From assembly GCA_965223085.1 (NCBI GenBank), contig OZ244981.1, forward strand, positions 182,747-246,746: a DNA stretch of 64,000 bases. The letters run 5' to 3'. Below are positions 41,140-51,510 of the stretch, piece by piece. A program made the position numbers and the translations under genes. The DNA is from Gammaproteobacteria bacterium (GTDB lineage Bacteria > Pseudomonadota > Gammaproteobacteria > Ga0077536). Under the pieces are notes generated by a model that made no database searches, was not told the origin of the DNA, and was given only the letters and a program-made list of their open reading frames with translations. How positions within the stretch are numbered: position 1 is the first letter of the stretch; every line of letters starts with the position of its first letter.

Positions 41140-42249
41140 TTAGCGCTTAGCTTCACGCAATAAGCGCACTGATTGCCCTTCCGCAAGGTAGTGAACACCA
41201 GCGGTTACGATCCAGTCTCCTGGTGTTAGCCCAGAGGTAACGCCGATGCCGAGGTTCGTCGGCATGCCGGTCGAGATCTTGCGCTTCTTTACCGTGTTTG
41301 ACTCGCCATCAATCAACCACACAAAGGTATCGTCACCGAGCGCGAAAGTTGCTGATGCCGGCACTACGATCGCCCCCTGCATGCTCGCAACGACCTCTTT
41401 GGGCGGTTCCCCGTGTGCGCGCCCCGACATACCGGGCAATACTTTAAAATCTTGCGGTTGATCCATGCGCAATGTCACTGGATAAGTACGTGTAAGATCA
41501 GATGCTTCCGAGCTTATTTCGATAATTTCTGCCGGGATTTCGCGGTCCGGGAATGCATCAAAAATTGCGCGCACGTTAGTAACATGCGGCGCCATGGAGA
41601 TGAGATTTTCGGGAACGTTAACGACCATCTCTATGCGCGAATCATCAACTAAGCGTGCGACGGCTTGTTTGGCCCGTACGTCTTCGAAGTTCTCCACATA
41701 AATCGCCACCACTGAACCGGAGAAAGGCGCTTTCAGCTTCGTATAAGACAGCTGATCACGCGCCGCAGTCAAAGAAGCCTGCAGCGAGGTTATATTTGCA
41801 CGCGCTCGGTCCCGTGCTTCACGGGCACGATCGATCGCGGTTTCACTCGTCGCACCCGGATCTTGGCGAAAAATATTTTGCTGTCGCTTAAGGTCGTTCT
41901 CCGCGCGAGTAAGTGCTGCTTTTGCTTCGTCTAGTTGACCGCGGACATTACGGACCTTGACTTGATAATCGCGCGGATCTATTTGCGCTAACACGTCACC
42001 TTGTTGAACCACGTCACCGACTTGAATTGGCAGGGTTATCAAGGGCCCTGAAACACGAAAAGACAACTCTACTTCTTGAACTGCTCTGGCGACGCCTGGG
42101 AAGGCACGTCCCTCGAAATTCTTTTCCGTTGCGATCTGCATGGCTTTCACCGGCCGGTTCTGCAATTTTTCCGGTGGCGGCGCTTCCGAGCAGGCCGCAA
42201 CCAATAACGCCGCGAGGCTGCCAACAATCTTCACCTTCACCTTTGCCAT
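41140..42249 (-). CDS. RND efflux periplasmic adaptor (membrane fusion protein), lipoprotein
   Basis: Lipobox LLVAAC; coiled-coil; barrel-sandwich hybrid motifs. The start is set at MAKVKV. Confidence 0.8.
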   Translation of the reverse strand: MAKVKVKIVGSLAALLVAACSEAPPPEKLQNRPVKAMQIATEKNFEGRAFPGVARAVQEVELSFRVSGPLITLPIQVGDVVQQGDVLAQIDPRDYQVKVRNVRGQLDEAKAALTRAENDLKRQQNIFRQDPGATSETAIDRAREARDRARANITSLQASLTAARDQLSYTKLKAPFSGSVVAIYVENFEDVRAKQAVARLVDDSRIEMVVNVPENLISMAPHVTNVRAIFDAFPDREIPAEIIEISSEASDLTRTYPVTLRMDQPQDFKVLPGMSGRAHGEPPKEVVASMQGAIVVPASATFALGDDTFVWLIDGESNTVKKRKISTGMPTNLGIGVTSGLTPGDWIVTAGVHYLAEGQSVRLLREAKR

Positions 42250-42259
42250 CCTATATTTA

Positions 42260-43825
42260 CTACCAAGCCGGGCGACGGCGTTGATCCGTTTGCAGATCGG
42301 ATGGTTCGAGCTCGAGCAGCTCACCCCAATCCGTGCGCGTGCCCATTTCATGCTTAAGCGTCGCCGGTAATAATTCCCTGCTCGTGCTTGCCTGCCAACC
42401 GCCGCCGAGTGCTTTGTAGGTGCTGATCAAATCACGGACAACTTTGCCCTGTGCGGCGGTGTAACTATCTTGTTGGCCGAGTAGAAAAGCCTGTGTATCG
42501 AGCACGCGCGTGTAATCGACTGCACCGTCGCGATACTGGACAAGGGCTAGCTCGACCGAGCGACGTGCCGCCGCCACGCTCTCTTTGAGGATTGCAACAC
42601 GTTGTTTGCCGCGCACAAAACTATATAAGGCGTTTTCCACCTCACGTGCAGCCTGCAGGAGGCTATCCTGGTAGGCCACAATCGCTTGTTGGAAACGCGC
42701 GTCCGCGACTCTGGCGGCGTTTTTGATGCGCCCGTAATTTAAAATATTCCAGCGGAACGACGGGCCGACGCCAGCCGCAAAATTGTCGCTGTCAAATAGA
42801 TCTGCCAGATCATTGCTAAGCACATCGTTTGCTTGCAACCCAAGATTTGCGGTTAAAGAGAACTGTGGATAGAGATCCGCCAACGCGACGCCGATCAGGG
42901 CACACTGGGCTGCAGCGCGCCGCTCCGCACGCCGCACATCGGGTCGCCTAAGCAATAGTTCGGCCGGCATTCCGAGTGCGACCGACGCTGGAGCGACAGG
43001 AATCATGCCGTTACCCGATGCCAAAGACGCTAATTCCCCGGGTACGGACCCGAGCAAAATACTGAGCGCGTTGCGCGCCTGTCGCAAACCGATTTCCAAA
43101 CTCGGGATCGATGCCGCCGTGTTTGCTAACAAGGTTCTTGCTTGTTCGACATCGAGCCCAGAGGTTACGCCGTTTTCGAATCTTACCGTGGCAATTTTTA
43201 GGCTGCGCTTTTGAATATTCATATTCTCATGCGCAATCGCTAAGCGCGCTTCGAATGTGCGCATTGAAACATAGCTGTTGGCAACCTCGGCCACTAAGCT
43301 CACCAAAGCGTCATCATAACCTGCGACTTCGGCCATTAATGTTGCGTCAGCCGCTTCTACACCCCGTCGCAAACGACCCCAGACATCGATCTCCCAGGCG
43401 GCGTCGAAGCCGACGCTTACGTCGCGTAAAGAAGATCCCACGATGGGATTGAAATTCGGATCACTAGCAGCCAATCTACGCTGGGCAAGGCCACCGCGTA
43501 GACGCTGTAATTGCGGATATTGATTGCCGACCGCAATGGCTAGCTGCGCGCGAGCTTCAAAAATTCGCAAGCTCGCTACGCGCAAAGATAAATTCTGCGC
43601 GGCGGCACGCTCGACCAGATTGCTGAGCACATCATCGTCAAGCACCGTCCACCATTGCGCGATGTCTCGCGAGGTGGTGTTAACATCCATATCCGCAAGC
43701 GGACGCCAGTCTTCGGCCAGCGGAGCGGAAGGTGTCTCGAAATCCGGCCCCAGCATCGTGCATCCGCTAGCCAACATGACGAGCAAAACGAAGCGCGGAG
43801 TCCGGATAGTGCACCAGGCGCTCAC
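42260..43825 (-). CDS. RND efflux outer-membrane factor (NodT/OprM family lipoprotein)
   Basis: Lipobox MLASGC; two OEP repeats. Confidence 0.85.
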   Translation of the reverse strand: MSAWCTIRTPRFVLLVMLASGCTMLGPDFETPSAPLAEDWRPLADMDVNTTSRDIAQWWTVLDDDVLSNLVERAAAQNLSLRVASLRIFEARAQLAIAVGNQYPQLQRLRGGLAQRRLAASDPNFNPIVGSSLRDVSVGFDAAWEIDVWGRLRRGVEAADATLMAEVAGYDDALVSLVAEVANSYVSMRTFEARLAIAHENMNIQKRSLKIATVRFENGVTSGLDVEQARTLLANTAASIPSLEIGLRQARNALSILLGSVPGELASLASGNGMIPVAPASVALGMPAELLLRRPDVRRAERRAAAQCALIGVALADLYPQFSLTANLGLQANDVLSNDLADLFDSDNFAAGVGPSFRWNILNYGRIKNAARVADARFQQAIVAYQDSLLQAAREVENALYSFVRGKQRVAILKESVAAARRSVELALVQYRDGAVDYTRVLDTQAFLLGQQDSYTAAQGKVVRDLISTYKALGGGWQASTSRELLPATLKHEMGTRTDWGELLELEPSDLQTDQRRRPAW

Positions 43826-43963
43826 CGCGTTTGTGCCCAGGGCTTGAGGTAACGCGCTTTTTCACTGCTTTCATTGCTCGGCGGTAATCTCCCCATGAGC
43901 CAAATAACATCCCACGGGTTCACTACCATGGCCCTGACTGGGTCGGACGCGGTGCAAGCGGTT

Positions 43964-45856
43964 TTAGTCACTAGGCGCAAAATTTCGGCGCTGCTGCGGC
44001 ACGCGAAATGCAAGCACAACGTTTCCCGGATTACCGCCAAACTTCGAATAACCCGAATTGAAATACAACATGCCGTCTACTGCTACCGCGCCCGCTTGAT
44101 CGATTGCACCGCCATGACCCCGCGCGCCGTTCACGGTGGCAAATTCACGTGCTGTATCGAAACGCCAAACTTCTTTGCCACTACGAGCGTCGAAAGCCCG
44201 CATTTCGCCGCTCAGCGAGCCACTGAAAATAATATCGGCGATCGCTGATACTGCTGCCGACTGCGACGGGCTGCAACGTGGACGCCCACTGCAGTCAATC
44301 GGCGCTGCCCGCCAGCGAATCTCGCCCGACAAAATGTCGACGGCCACCAAGCCACCACCAGCGTCGGGATCGAGCTCGACGGCGGCGCTAAACGAACTAT
44401 CAGACAACCAATCAGTATCGGATATCGACGCGTAGAGCAACTCACCGTCGCTTGCTTGGCCCCATTGCAGACCGCCCTGAATGCCTCCTTTGGCGAGTTT
44501 TCTAGCCCACAGCAGTGCACCGCTTTTGTGCGGATCTATGGCATGCGCGACGCCGCTTTTCTGGGTCGCGATAATGAGTTCGCGGCCGTTTTTCGCGGTG
44601 ACCAAGATCGGCGATGCACCCATGTCTTCGTCGGGCCCCTCACGTTCCGGACAATTCACTTTTGGCACCGCCATGCAGCCAACATTCCAAGCATCTCCGG
44701 CGAGACCCTGGTATACCCACAAGCGTTTTCCCGTATCGAGATCGAGCGCCAACACCGCATCGCTACTGTCTGTAGTGGGCTGCGAATAGTTGTCTCCCGT
44801 GCCAACATAGATCCGACGCCGACCTGGATCGATCGTAACCGCCGACCACACGGACGCACCGGATGGGCCCACCATGGGTTTACCGTGAGAGTCCTTGCTC
44901 GCCACGGACGCTTCGTGCTCGATCGTGTAGCGCTTCCATAACAGCTCACCAGCGTCTACATCGTAGGCGCTGACGCTACCGCGGAAGACACAACAGCGAT
45001 AATTCGGATCGAGCGCCAGCGCCTCCTCCAGCGAGGCCATCGGCACATAGAGTTTATTCTCGAAAACTTGCACACCGCCGGTGACCCGTGCAGAAGGGTG
45101 AGCATCACCGCGCTTTTTCCAACGCAACGCACCGCTCGCTGCGTCTAGCGAATAAACACGTCCCGTTTGATCCCCAAAAAATACCGCCACGTCTCCGTGT
45201 GGCGCGATTTTCGCGAGCGTTAGCGCCGACTTCACCGGGCCGTCGGCCTGAAAAGTCCAATGGCTGCAACCCGTTTTAGCATCGAGCGCATAAATCACGC
45301 CGCTAGGGCTACCGATGAAAAGGCGTCCCCCTACTACCGTAGGTTGCGATTCGACAAAAGTTTCGCCCGGAAAAGCGAATGCCCACGCCAGCTCGAGCTT
45401 GGGGATCTCTGCCGCGCGAAGACCAGCGGCGCGCGCAGATTGATAGCGGGTATTTGCGAGACCGTTGCCCCAACCATTCCAGTGGGGCTGCGTGAAAGGA
45501 TCACCTTGCGGCCACGTGCTCGGCGGGCACCGATTTGCACCACTATCAGCCCACCTCGGATCGTAAGCCTCGCCGCTGAGAAACTCCGCCACCGCAACCC
45601 GCTCCGGACCCGTCATGCTGAAGTTTCCGATCAAGCGCATCGTGCCGGTTTCCAGGGCCGCGACAATCCGCTTGCTGGACAACTGGGCGAGCGCGGACCG
45701 CGGCGGCGTACGGGCGACACCAGCGTCGTGACACGTCGCGCATACTTCTTCGTACACGGTTCCGCCGTCACGTCCAAGTGCATGGCTGTGCGCGCAGAAC
45801 AATAATAAGGCCGCTAACCTCAGCGGGTGTTTAAAAATGATCGAGACCGCGCCCAC
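43964..45856 (-). CDS. PQQ-dependent quinoprotein dehydrogenase-like beta-propeller with N-terminal cytochrome c domain
   Basis: Signal peptide; CATCHD heme-c motif; PQQ propeller repeats; vicinal Cys pair (NYRCCVF). Confidence 0.7.
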   Translation of the reverse strand: MGAVSIIFKHPLRLAALLLFCAHSHALGRDGGTVYEEVCATCHDAGVARTPPRSALAQLSSKRIVAALETGTMRLIGNFSMTGPERVAVAEFLSGEAYDPRWADSGANRCPPSTWPQGDPFTQPHWNGWGNGLANTRYQSARAAGLRAAEIPKLELAWAFAFPGETFVESQPTVVGGRLFIGSPSGVIYALDAKTGCSHWTFQADGPVKSALTLAKIAPHGDVAVFFGDQTGRVYSLDAASGALRWKKRGDAHPSARVTGGVQVFENKLYVPMASLEEALALDPNYRCCVFRGSVSAYDVDAGELLWKRYTIEHEASVASKDSHGKPMVGPSGASVWSAVTIDPGRRRIYVGTGDNYSQPTTDSSDAVLALDLDTGKRLWVYQGLAGDAWNVGCMAVPKVNCPEREGPDEDMGASPILVTAKNGRELIIATQKSGVAHAIDPHKSGALLWARKLAKGGIQGGLQWGQASDGELLYASISDTDWLSDSSFSAAVELDPDAGGGLVAVDILSGEIRWRAAPIDCSGRPRCSPSQSAAVSAIADIIFSGSLSGEMRAFDARSGKEVWRFDTAREFATVNGARGHGGAIDQAGAVAVDGMLYFNSGYSKFGGNPGNVVLAFRVPQQRRNFAPSD

Positions 45857-45954
45857 TCTGTGTTTCTCCTTATGATGCCAGTGCCCCGCGCCAACACATT
45901 ATGACGCAAGTTGGCGCGCTCGCGCTTTGCGAGCGCTATCGGTGCGTTCACTCA

Positions 45955-46602
45955 TTATTGCACGCCTTGCAGCGACTCAACTTCGTCGGCGGCCCTGAAA
46001 AACAAGCGCGCGAGCACGACGTCCCATAACAGGCCAAAAAACAACGCCACGACAGCGAGCACGATCGTCGCGCACATGCCACCGATGATGATGTTCAGCA
46101 CCGCGAAGCTATTGAGGTGGCCATAGGCGAGGTCCAATTTTTTTAGCTTTAAACCAAACAGAATCGACACGATCCCGAACGCGACCAGCAATGTAAGCAG
46201 AACCACTAACATGGGAGAAATACCTGCCGCTTGTTCAGGCACGAGTGATACAGTAATCGTCACCGCGATAACCAGTGCGATTAAAGCATAGATGTGAATA
46301 TCGAAACCGTTTTGCTCGAAGCGCGTGCGTAACAAAGCGCGCAAACTCACTAGCAAGTAAACATAGCTTGCCGTGAGGGCAATGCTCAGTATCCAGAAAA
46401 CGACCCCGGCAGAATTTGGGGTAAATAGCGATCGCCAGGCATAGGGAATGCTCAGAAAAAGATGTATGACGGCGAGCCACGCGCCGAGATAATAACGACT
46501 CGCCGGTAATGCGTTGCGCAGGTACTGTTCCGGCAACGGGGCTTGCATCAACTCCGCCTTAGGTATTGTATATGGATCGCTGCCGCTCATAAAGCGATGC
46601 AC
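45955..46602 (-). CDS. Hypothetical integral membrane protein
   Basis: 215 aa with ~5 hydrophobic helices. Confidence 0.5.
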   Translation of the reverse strand: MHRFMSGSDPYTIPKAELMQAPLPEQYLRNALPASRYYLGAWLAVIHLFLSIPYAWRSLFTPNSAGVVFWILSIALTASYVYLLVSLRALLRTRFEQNGFDIHIYALIALVIAVTITVSLVPEQAAGISPMLVVLLTLLVAFGIVSILFGLKLKKLDLAYGHLNSFAVLNIIIGGMCATIVLAVVALFFGLLWDVVLARLFFRAADEVESLQGVQ

Positions 46603-46721
46603 AAAGCTAAGGTTTTCGCGCTCACCTCGTCGATTCTCATTGCTGTCATGACTTTTTTCTCTGTTAGGATACTAAACGTCACCGCCAAGCCTTGACCTGA
46701 ACTAGTTCTACCGACAAGACG

Positions 46722-47888
46722 ATGAACCACCCTGCTGTACTCAATCTAGGCTTTCGTCCGTTTTTCAGCGGCGCCGGCGTGTTTGCACTGCTTAGCATCG
46801 GGTATTGGCTGCATATTTTTGCGCAACCCGATGCCCTATTGTTGCAACGAATGAACCCGTCTCAATGGCACGCTCACGAAATGCTGTATGGCTATAGCTT
46901 GGCGGTAATCGCGGGGTTTTTGCTAACCGCGGTAAAAAACTGGACCAGTATGCAAACCCCCCATGGTCCGCCGCTGCTCGGCTTGTTTTCCCTGTGGCTC
47001 AGCGCTCGTTTGTGCTGGTTCATGGGCGAGTCGGTATTAGTCGTCGCAGCGCTGTTCGACCTGGCATTTATGCTATTGCTCATTGTGAGCATTGCACGAC
47101 CGATAATCAAAACCAAACAATGGCGCCAAACCGCAGTGTTATCGAAACTTGTTTTATTGGGCGGCGCCAACGTTGCTTTCTACCTTGGGGCATTCGGGCA
47201 ACTCGAGCAAGGTGCGCATCTCAGTATTTATGGTGGTCTGTATTTGATCATCGGGTTGATATTGACCATGGGCAGGCGCGTTATTCCGATGTTCATCGAA
47301 GGCGGCGTCGATTATCCGGTCAAATTATATAATTCGCGCTGGCTCGACATTTCGAGCATGGTGCTTTTTCTGTTATTTTTCATTTCAACACTGTTTTTGT
47401 CACAACCTCGGTATGCCAGCTCGCTTGCTGCCGCGCTATTCGTGATTACCTCCACGCGACTCGTGGGCTGGTATACACCCGGAATTTGGCGCACACCGCT
47501 GCTGTGGGGTTTGTTTCTCGCCATCGTCTTCATCGATCTCGGGTTCTTGCTCTTCGCGTTGCGGACCTGGCTGGAAACCTCTCCATATTTAGCAACACAC
47601 GCATTTGCCATGGGCGGCATTGGCACAATTACGATGGCAATGATGGCGCGTGTTTCCATCGGACATACCGGGCGCAACTTGAAGCTGCCCCCGACGCAAT
47701 TGAATTGGGCGCTAATTCTAATTCTCATCGCTGTCGTGATTCGGGTACTGGTACCGACGGTGATTGCAAGCAACTATTCTCTGTGGGTCTTGCTCTCCGG
47801 AGGGTTTTGGCTGCTTAGCTTCACGCTGTTTTGTTGGGGTTTCTTACCGATTTTGAGCAGACCACGCATCGACCAGAAATACGGTTAA
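46722..47888 (+). CDS. nnrS: NnrS-family membrane protein (NO-response heme-copper membrane protein)
   Basis: 388 aa, ~12 TM, NnrS-like N-terminus (GFRPFFSGAG...). Confidence 0.65.
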   Translation: MNHPAVLNLGFRPFFSGAGVFALLSIGYWLHIFAQPDALLLQRMNPSQWHAHEMLYGYSLAVIAGFLLTAVKNWTSMQTPHGPPLLGLFSLWLSARLCWFMGESVLVVAALFDLAFMLLLIVSIARPIIKTKQWRQTAVLSKLVLLGGANVAFYLGAFGQLEQGAHLSIYGGLYLIIGLILTMGRRVIPMFIEGGVDYPVKLYNSRWLDISSMVLFLLFFISTLFLSQPRYASSLAAALFVITSTRLVGWYTPGIWRTPLLWGLFLAIVFIDLGFLLFALRTWLETSPYLATHAFAMGGIGTITMAMMARVSIGHTGRNLKLPPTQLNWALILILIAVVIRVLVPTVIASNYSLWVLLSGGFWLLSFTLFCWGFLPILSRPRIDQKYG

Positions 47889-47994
47889 GTCGCGCGCCTA
47901 GCAGCACTAAACATAGGGAAGGTCTCTCCCGCCACGGTAGCGTTGTGTAAAGTTAAGCTTTGCTACCAAGCCGTGATGCGCTAGCTCAGGGAAC

Positions 47995-48864
47995 TTGCCA
48001 GGACTCCGCTCGAAGTTAGCGCCTAGAGTAATGTATAATGGTGGCGATGACGATGCACATGATCGTCGCTGCGTCGTGGAGAATGCCGTGATCCGTCTAG
48101 AATTTGCTTTGCGTCGCAAGCCCGGGATGTCGCGAGCCGATTTCCAACAGTATTGGCGCGACGTGCACGGACCGCTCGTGGCGCGACATTCGACCAGCTT
48201 GGCAATTCACCGCTATATCCAACTGCATACACTCGATGATCCGATTAACGAAGGCCTGGCGGCAACGCGTGGCGGCATGGAGAGCGCTTACGATGGCGTT
48301 GCCGAGTTGTGGTGGGAGAGCCCGGATCACTTCGCCGCTTTCGCGAGTCCGGAAGGCCAAGCGGCGGCGGCTGAATTGTTGCATGACGAGAAAAATTTCA
48401 TCGACCTGCCGAATTCGCCGCTGTGGATAGCTTATGAATATCCGCAAGTCAATCCCACAGAATATATGCTTGCAACCGAGCATAGTCCGCTGGTCAAACT
48501 ATTTTTTTGTTTGCGGCAACCGCCGGGGCAATCGCTTGACGACGTACAGCTATATTGGCGCACCCACCACGGCCCGCTGATCCGCAGTGTGTCGACTGGA
48601 TTTCGCATGCAGCGCTATCTCCAAGTTCACTATACGCCGCATGAACTCGAGACCGACTTACGCGCAGCGCGCGGAACGCAAGTCGAACCCTATGTAGGAC
48701 ACGCAGAAGCGTGGTTTAACCGCGCCGACCTCATGCATATGGCCGATATTCCCGAAGCGATTCGCGCGATGGAGATCGCGATCGAAGATGAGACGCGTTT
48801 CATCGAGTTTGCGCGCTCGGCGATTTGGATCGGTAAAGAGCACGTATTCATCGATCGGCGCTGA
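47995..48864 (+). CDS. Tandem EthD-domain protein
   Basis: Two EthD-like repeats (KPGMSRADFQQYWRDVHGPL and PPGQSLDDVQLYWRTHHGPL). The start is probably ATG 48031. Confidence 0.6.
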   Translation: MPGLRSKLAPRVMYNGGDDDAHDRRCVVENAVIRLEFALRRKPGMSRADFQQYWRDVHGPLVARHSTSLAIHRYIQLHTLDDPINEGLAATRGGMESAYDGVAELWWESPDHFAAFASPEGQAAAAELLHDEKNFIDLPNSPLWIAYEYPQVNPTEYMLATEHSPLVKLFFCLRQPPGQSLDDVQLYWRTHHGPLIRSVSTGFRMQRYLQVHYTPHELETDLRAARGTQVEPYVGHAEAWFNRADLMHMADIPEAIRAMEIAIEDETRFIEFARSAIWIGKEHVFIDRR

Positions 48865-48940
48865 GCACATTGCCGCGAGTCGAATAGCTGGCTAAAGAAT
48901 TCAGGCAATCGACCCGGATCGAGTCGCTCGTTCGGGGCTG

Positions 48941-49759
48941 TCACCCAAGCTGGCGTTTTATGTCTTGCAGACGAATCATGACGTCATCGAATTCCCGCTC
49001 GCGGGCGTAGGACGAGGATTGAATATAGTGGGTTGCGCCCAACGCAGCACACTTCGCCAATTGCTCCACTGCTTGGCCTTGTGCATCCGGCAATGTACCG
49101 ATCAACACGATGTCGGCATTCGACTTGCCAGCCGCTGCTGCCATTTCTTGAAACCGCTCGATACGCGGCGCAAGCTTGTCCGGATCGATTCCGATCGGTA
49201 ACCAACCATCGCCGCAACGAACGGCCCGGGCTAAGGCCGCATCCGTCATACCGCCGACATAGATCGGCGGGCGCGCAGGCCGCGGCCGGAAGTAGAACAA
49301 CTGGCCATTCGCAGTGACGATATCGTCCGGCGTGTCAAAACAAGTGCGAATGAAATCGATCGTCTCGTCGGTTATCTTTCCGCGCCGGCGCCGATCGACA
49401 CCCAGCGCCTTGAATTCACCGTCCATCCACCCCGGGCCGATCCCAAACAACAAGCGCTCGTCCGATAAGGCTTGAATGCTGGCAAGCCACTTCGCCGTCG
49501 GCAATGGGGGGCGATACGGTAAGACTAAGACCGAGACACCCAATCCAACTCGATTTGTTACGCCAGCAAAAAACGCCAAGGCCGCGAGGGGATCGATCCA
49601 CACACCGTTCGAACCCTCCGCATCATCGGGTGGGATCGCGACGTGATCGACGACCCAAATATGATCGAGTCCAATCGCTTCGGCGTGTTGTACACAGTGC
49701 AGCATGCAGGACTTTGTGGCGGCGGTGCCCATATTGCGGATCGTTGTGCCAATTTTCAC
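48941..49759 (-). CDS. LLM-class oxidoreductase, short subfamily
   Basis: 272 aa LLM pattern (HIWVVDHV, GIGPGWMDGEF). Confidence 0.75.
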   Translation of the reverse strand: MKIGTTIRNMGTAATKSCMLHCVQHAEAIGLDHIWVVDHVAIPPDDAEGSNGVWIDPLAALAFFAGVTNRVGLGVSVLVLPYRPPLPTAKWLASIQALSDERLLFGIGPGWMDGEFKALGVDRRRRGKITDETIDFIRTCFDTPDDIVTANGQLFYFRPRPARPPIYVGGMTDAALARAVRCGDGWLPIGIDPDKLAPRIERFQEMAAAAGKSNADIVLIGTLPDAQGQAVEQLAKCAALGATHYIQSSSYAREREFDDVMIRLQDIKRQLG

Positions 49760-49980
49760 TGGGTTTCTCCGAAGTTAGTCTTGCGTCTCAGCGTCGTCGC
49801 GATCCGGGCGAGTTTAGTCGCCAACGCCCTACCCCGACGACGGCCGCCGCTATCGACAATTACCACGGCCGATGCCAAGGTACTTGCTCGACCCTACACG
49901 ACTCTATATTTTAGCGCCTTTCGACTATACGGATCGGCGCGCATGACGCTTGCTCCCGCACTGCTACGAGCACGTTTTTC

Positions 49981-51510
49981 ATGACCGAATTCGCCGCCAA
50001 GGTTTCTGAAGGGCGTTTCTTTGGCCACCCTCGTGGCCTTTCCACGCTGTTTTTTACCGAGTTATGGGAGCGCTTTAGCTACTATGGTATGCGGGCCATC
50101 TTGATTTTGTTCATGACGGCTCCTGCTGCGAGCGGCGGTCTCGGCTTCGATGTCAGCAAAGCCGGCGCGATATACGGCTTGTATACCGCCATGGTTTATT
50201 TGGCCTGCCTGCCGGGTGGATGGCTCGCCGATCGGCTGATCGGTCAACGCCGCGCAACCCTGATCGGCGGATTGATCATCATGAGCGGTCACGTCAGCCT
50301 TGCGATACCGAGCACGGCAACATTTTATTTAGGGTTATTGTTACTGATTATAGGCACGGGCTTCCTAAAACCAAATATTTCGACATTGGTCGGCCAACTC
50401 TATGCTGAGGACGATCACCGCCGTGATGCAGGCTTCTCAATTTATTATATGGGGATCAACATCGGCGCCTTTCTCGCGCCGTTGATTTGCGGGTGGCTTG
50501 GTCAAAGTGTGCAGTTTCGCACCGTACTCAGCAACGCGGGAATCGATCCCAAGCTTTCTTGGCATTTCGGTTTTGGCGCGGCCGCGATCGGCATGGCTGT
50601 GGGCCTGTGGCATTTTCTTCATGGCGGCCGTTTTCTGGGCGAGGCGGGCAAATATCCCATTGATCATGACGACCCCGACGCGCACCGGCGTACACGGCGG
50701 CAATTCTTGCGTGGACTGGCGCTTGGTTTCGGCGTGTGCGTTCTCCTCATGCTGCTCGCGGCGATTGGATTGATTACGCTGAGTGCCGAAGGCATCGCGA
50801 ACGCTTTCGGGATCGTGCTGTTGCTCGTCACGATCGGGTTTTTTACTTGGATGTTCGCACTCGCGCAGTGGACCGCGGAAGAACGTCGGCGGCTCGTGCT
50901 CGTATTAGTGCTGTTCTTGGGTGCGACGGCTTTTTGGTCACTCTATGAGCAAGGCGGCTCGACGTTAAATTTATTTGCCGAGAATCACACTGACACGACG
51001 CTATTTGGATTCGACTTTCCCGCCAGCTGGCTGCTATCGCTTAATCCGATATTTATTATTTTCGGCTTAGCCCCGGCATTTGCGTGGCTGTGGATCAAGC
51101 TCGGACCCCGCGAACCGTCGAGCCCGGCGAAATTTACCCTAGGATTATTGTTCATGGGCTTGGGTTATGCCGTAATGATAGCGGCGGGGTTGGAAGCGCA
51201 GCGCGGCGCATTGGTTTCACCCCTGTGGCTCGCGACGATGTATTTTCTCCACACCATCGGCGAGATGTGCCTATCACCGGTGGGTTTAAGCGCGATGACA
51301 AAACTCGCGCCGGCCCGCATCGCGGGGCTTACGATGGGGGTGTGGTTCTTGGCCGCCTCGATCGGATCGTATTTCGGCGGGCGTGTCGCCGGCCTCTACG
51401 ACACTTTATCGCTACCCCAGATCTTCGGCGCCCTAACCATCTTTGCTTTCCTTACAACCGCACTCATGGCCTTGCTTGTCGCACCGCTACGGCGGGCTTT
51501 GACACGCTAG
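49981..51510 (+). CDS. POT/PTR2-family di-/tripeptide:proton symporter
   Basis: ELWERFSYYGMRAILILF is the PTR2 signature. Confidence 0.85.
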   Translation: MTEFAAKVSEGRFFGHPRGLSTLFFTELWERFSYYGMRAILILFMTAPAASGGLGFDVSKAGAIYGLYTAMVYLACLPGGWLADRLIGQRRATLIGGLIIMSGHVSLAIPSTATFYLGLLLLIIGTGFLKPNISTLVGQLYAEDDHRRDAGFSIYYMGINIGAFLAPLICGWLGQSVQFRTVLSNAGIDPKLSWHFGFGAAAIGMAVGLWHFLHGGRFLGEAGKYPIDHDDPDAHRRTRRQFLRGLALGFGVCVLLMLLAAIGLITLSAEGIANAFGIVLLLVTIGFFTWMFALAQWTAEERRRLVLVLVLFLGATAFWSLYEQGGSTLNLFAENHTDTTLFGFDFPASWLLSLNPIFIIFGLAPAFAWLWIKLGPREPSSPAKFTLGLLFMGLGYAVMIAAGLEAQRGALVSPLWLATMYFLHTIGEMCLSPVGLSAMTKLAPARIAGLTMGVWFLAASIGSYFGGRVAGLYDTLSLPQIFGALTIFAFLTTALMALLVAPLRRALTR

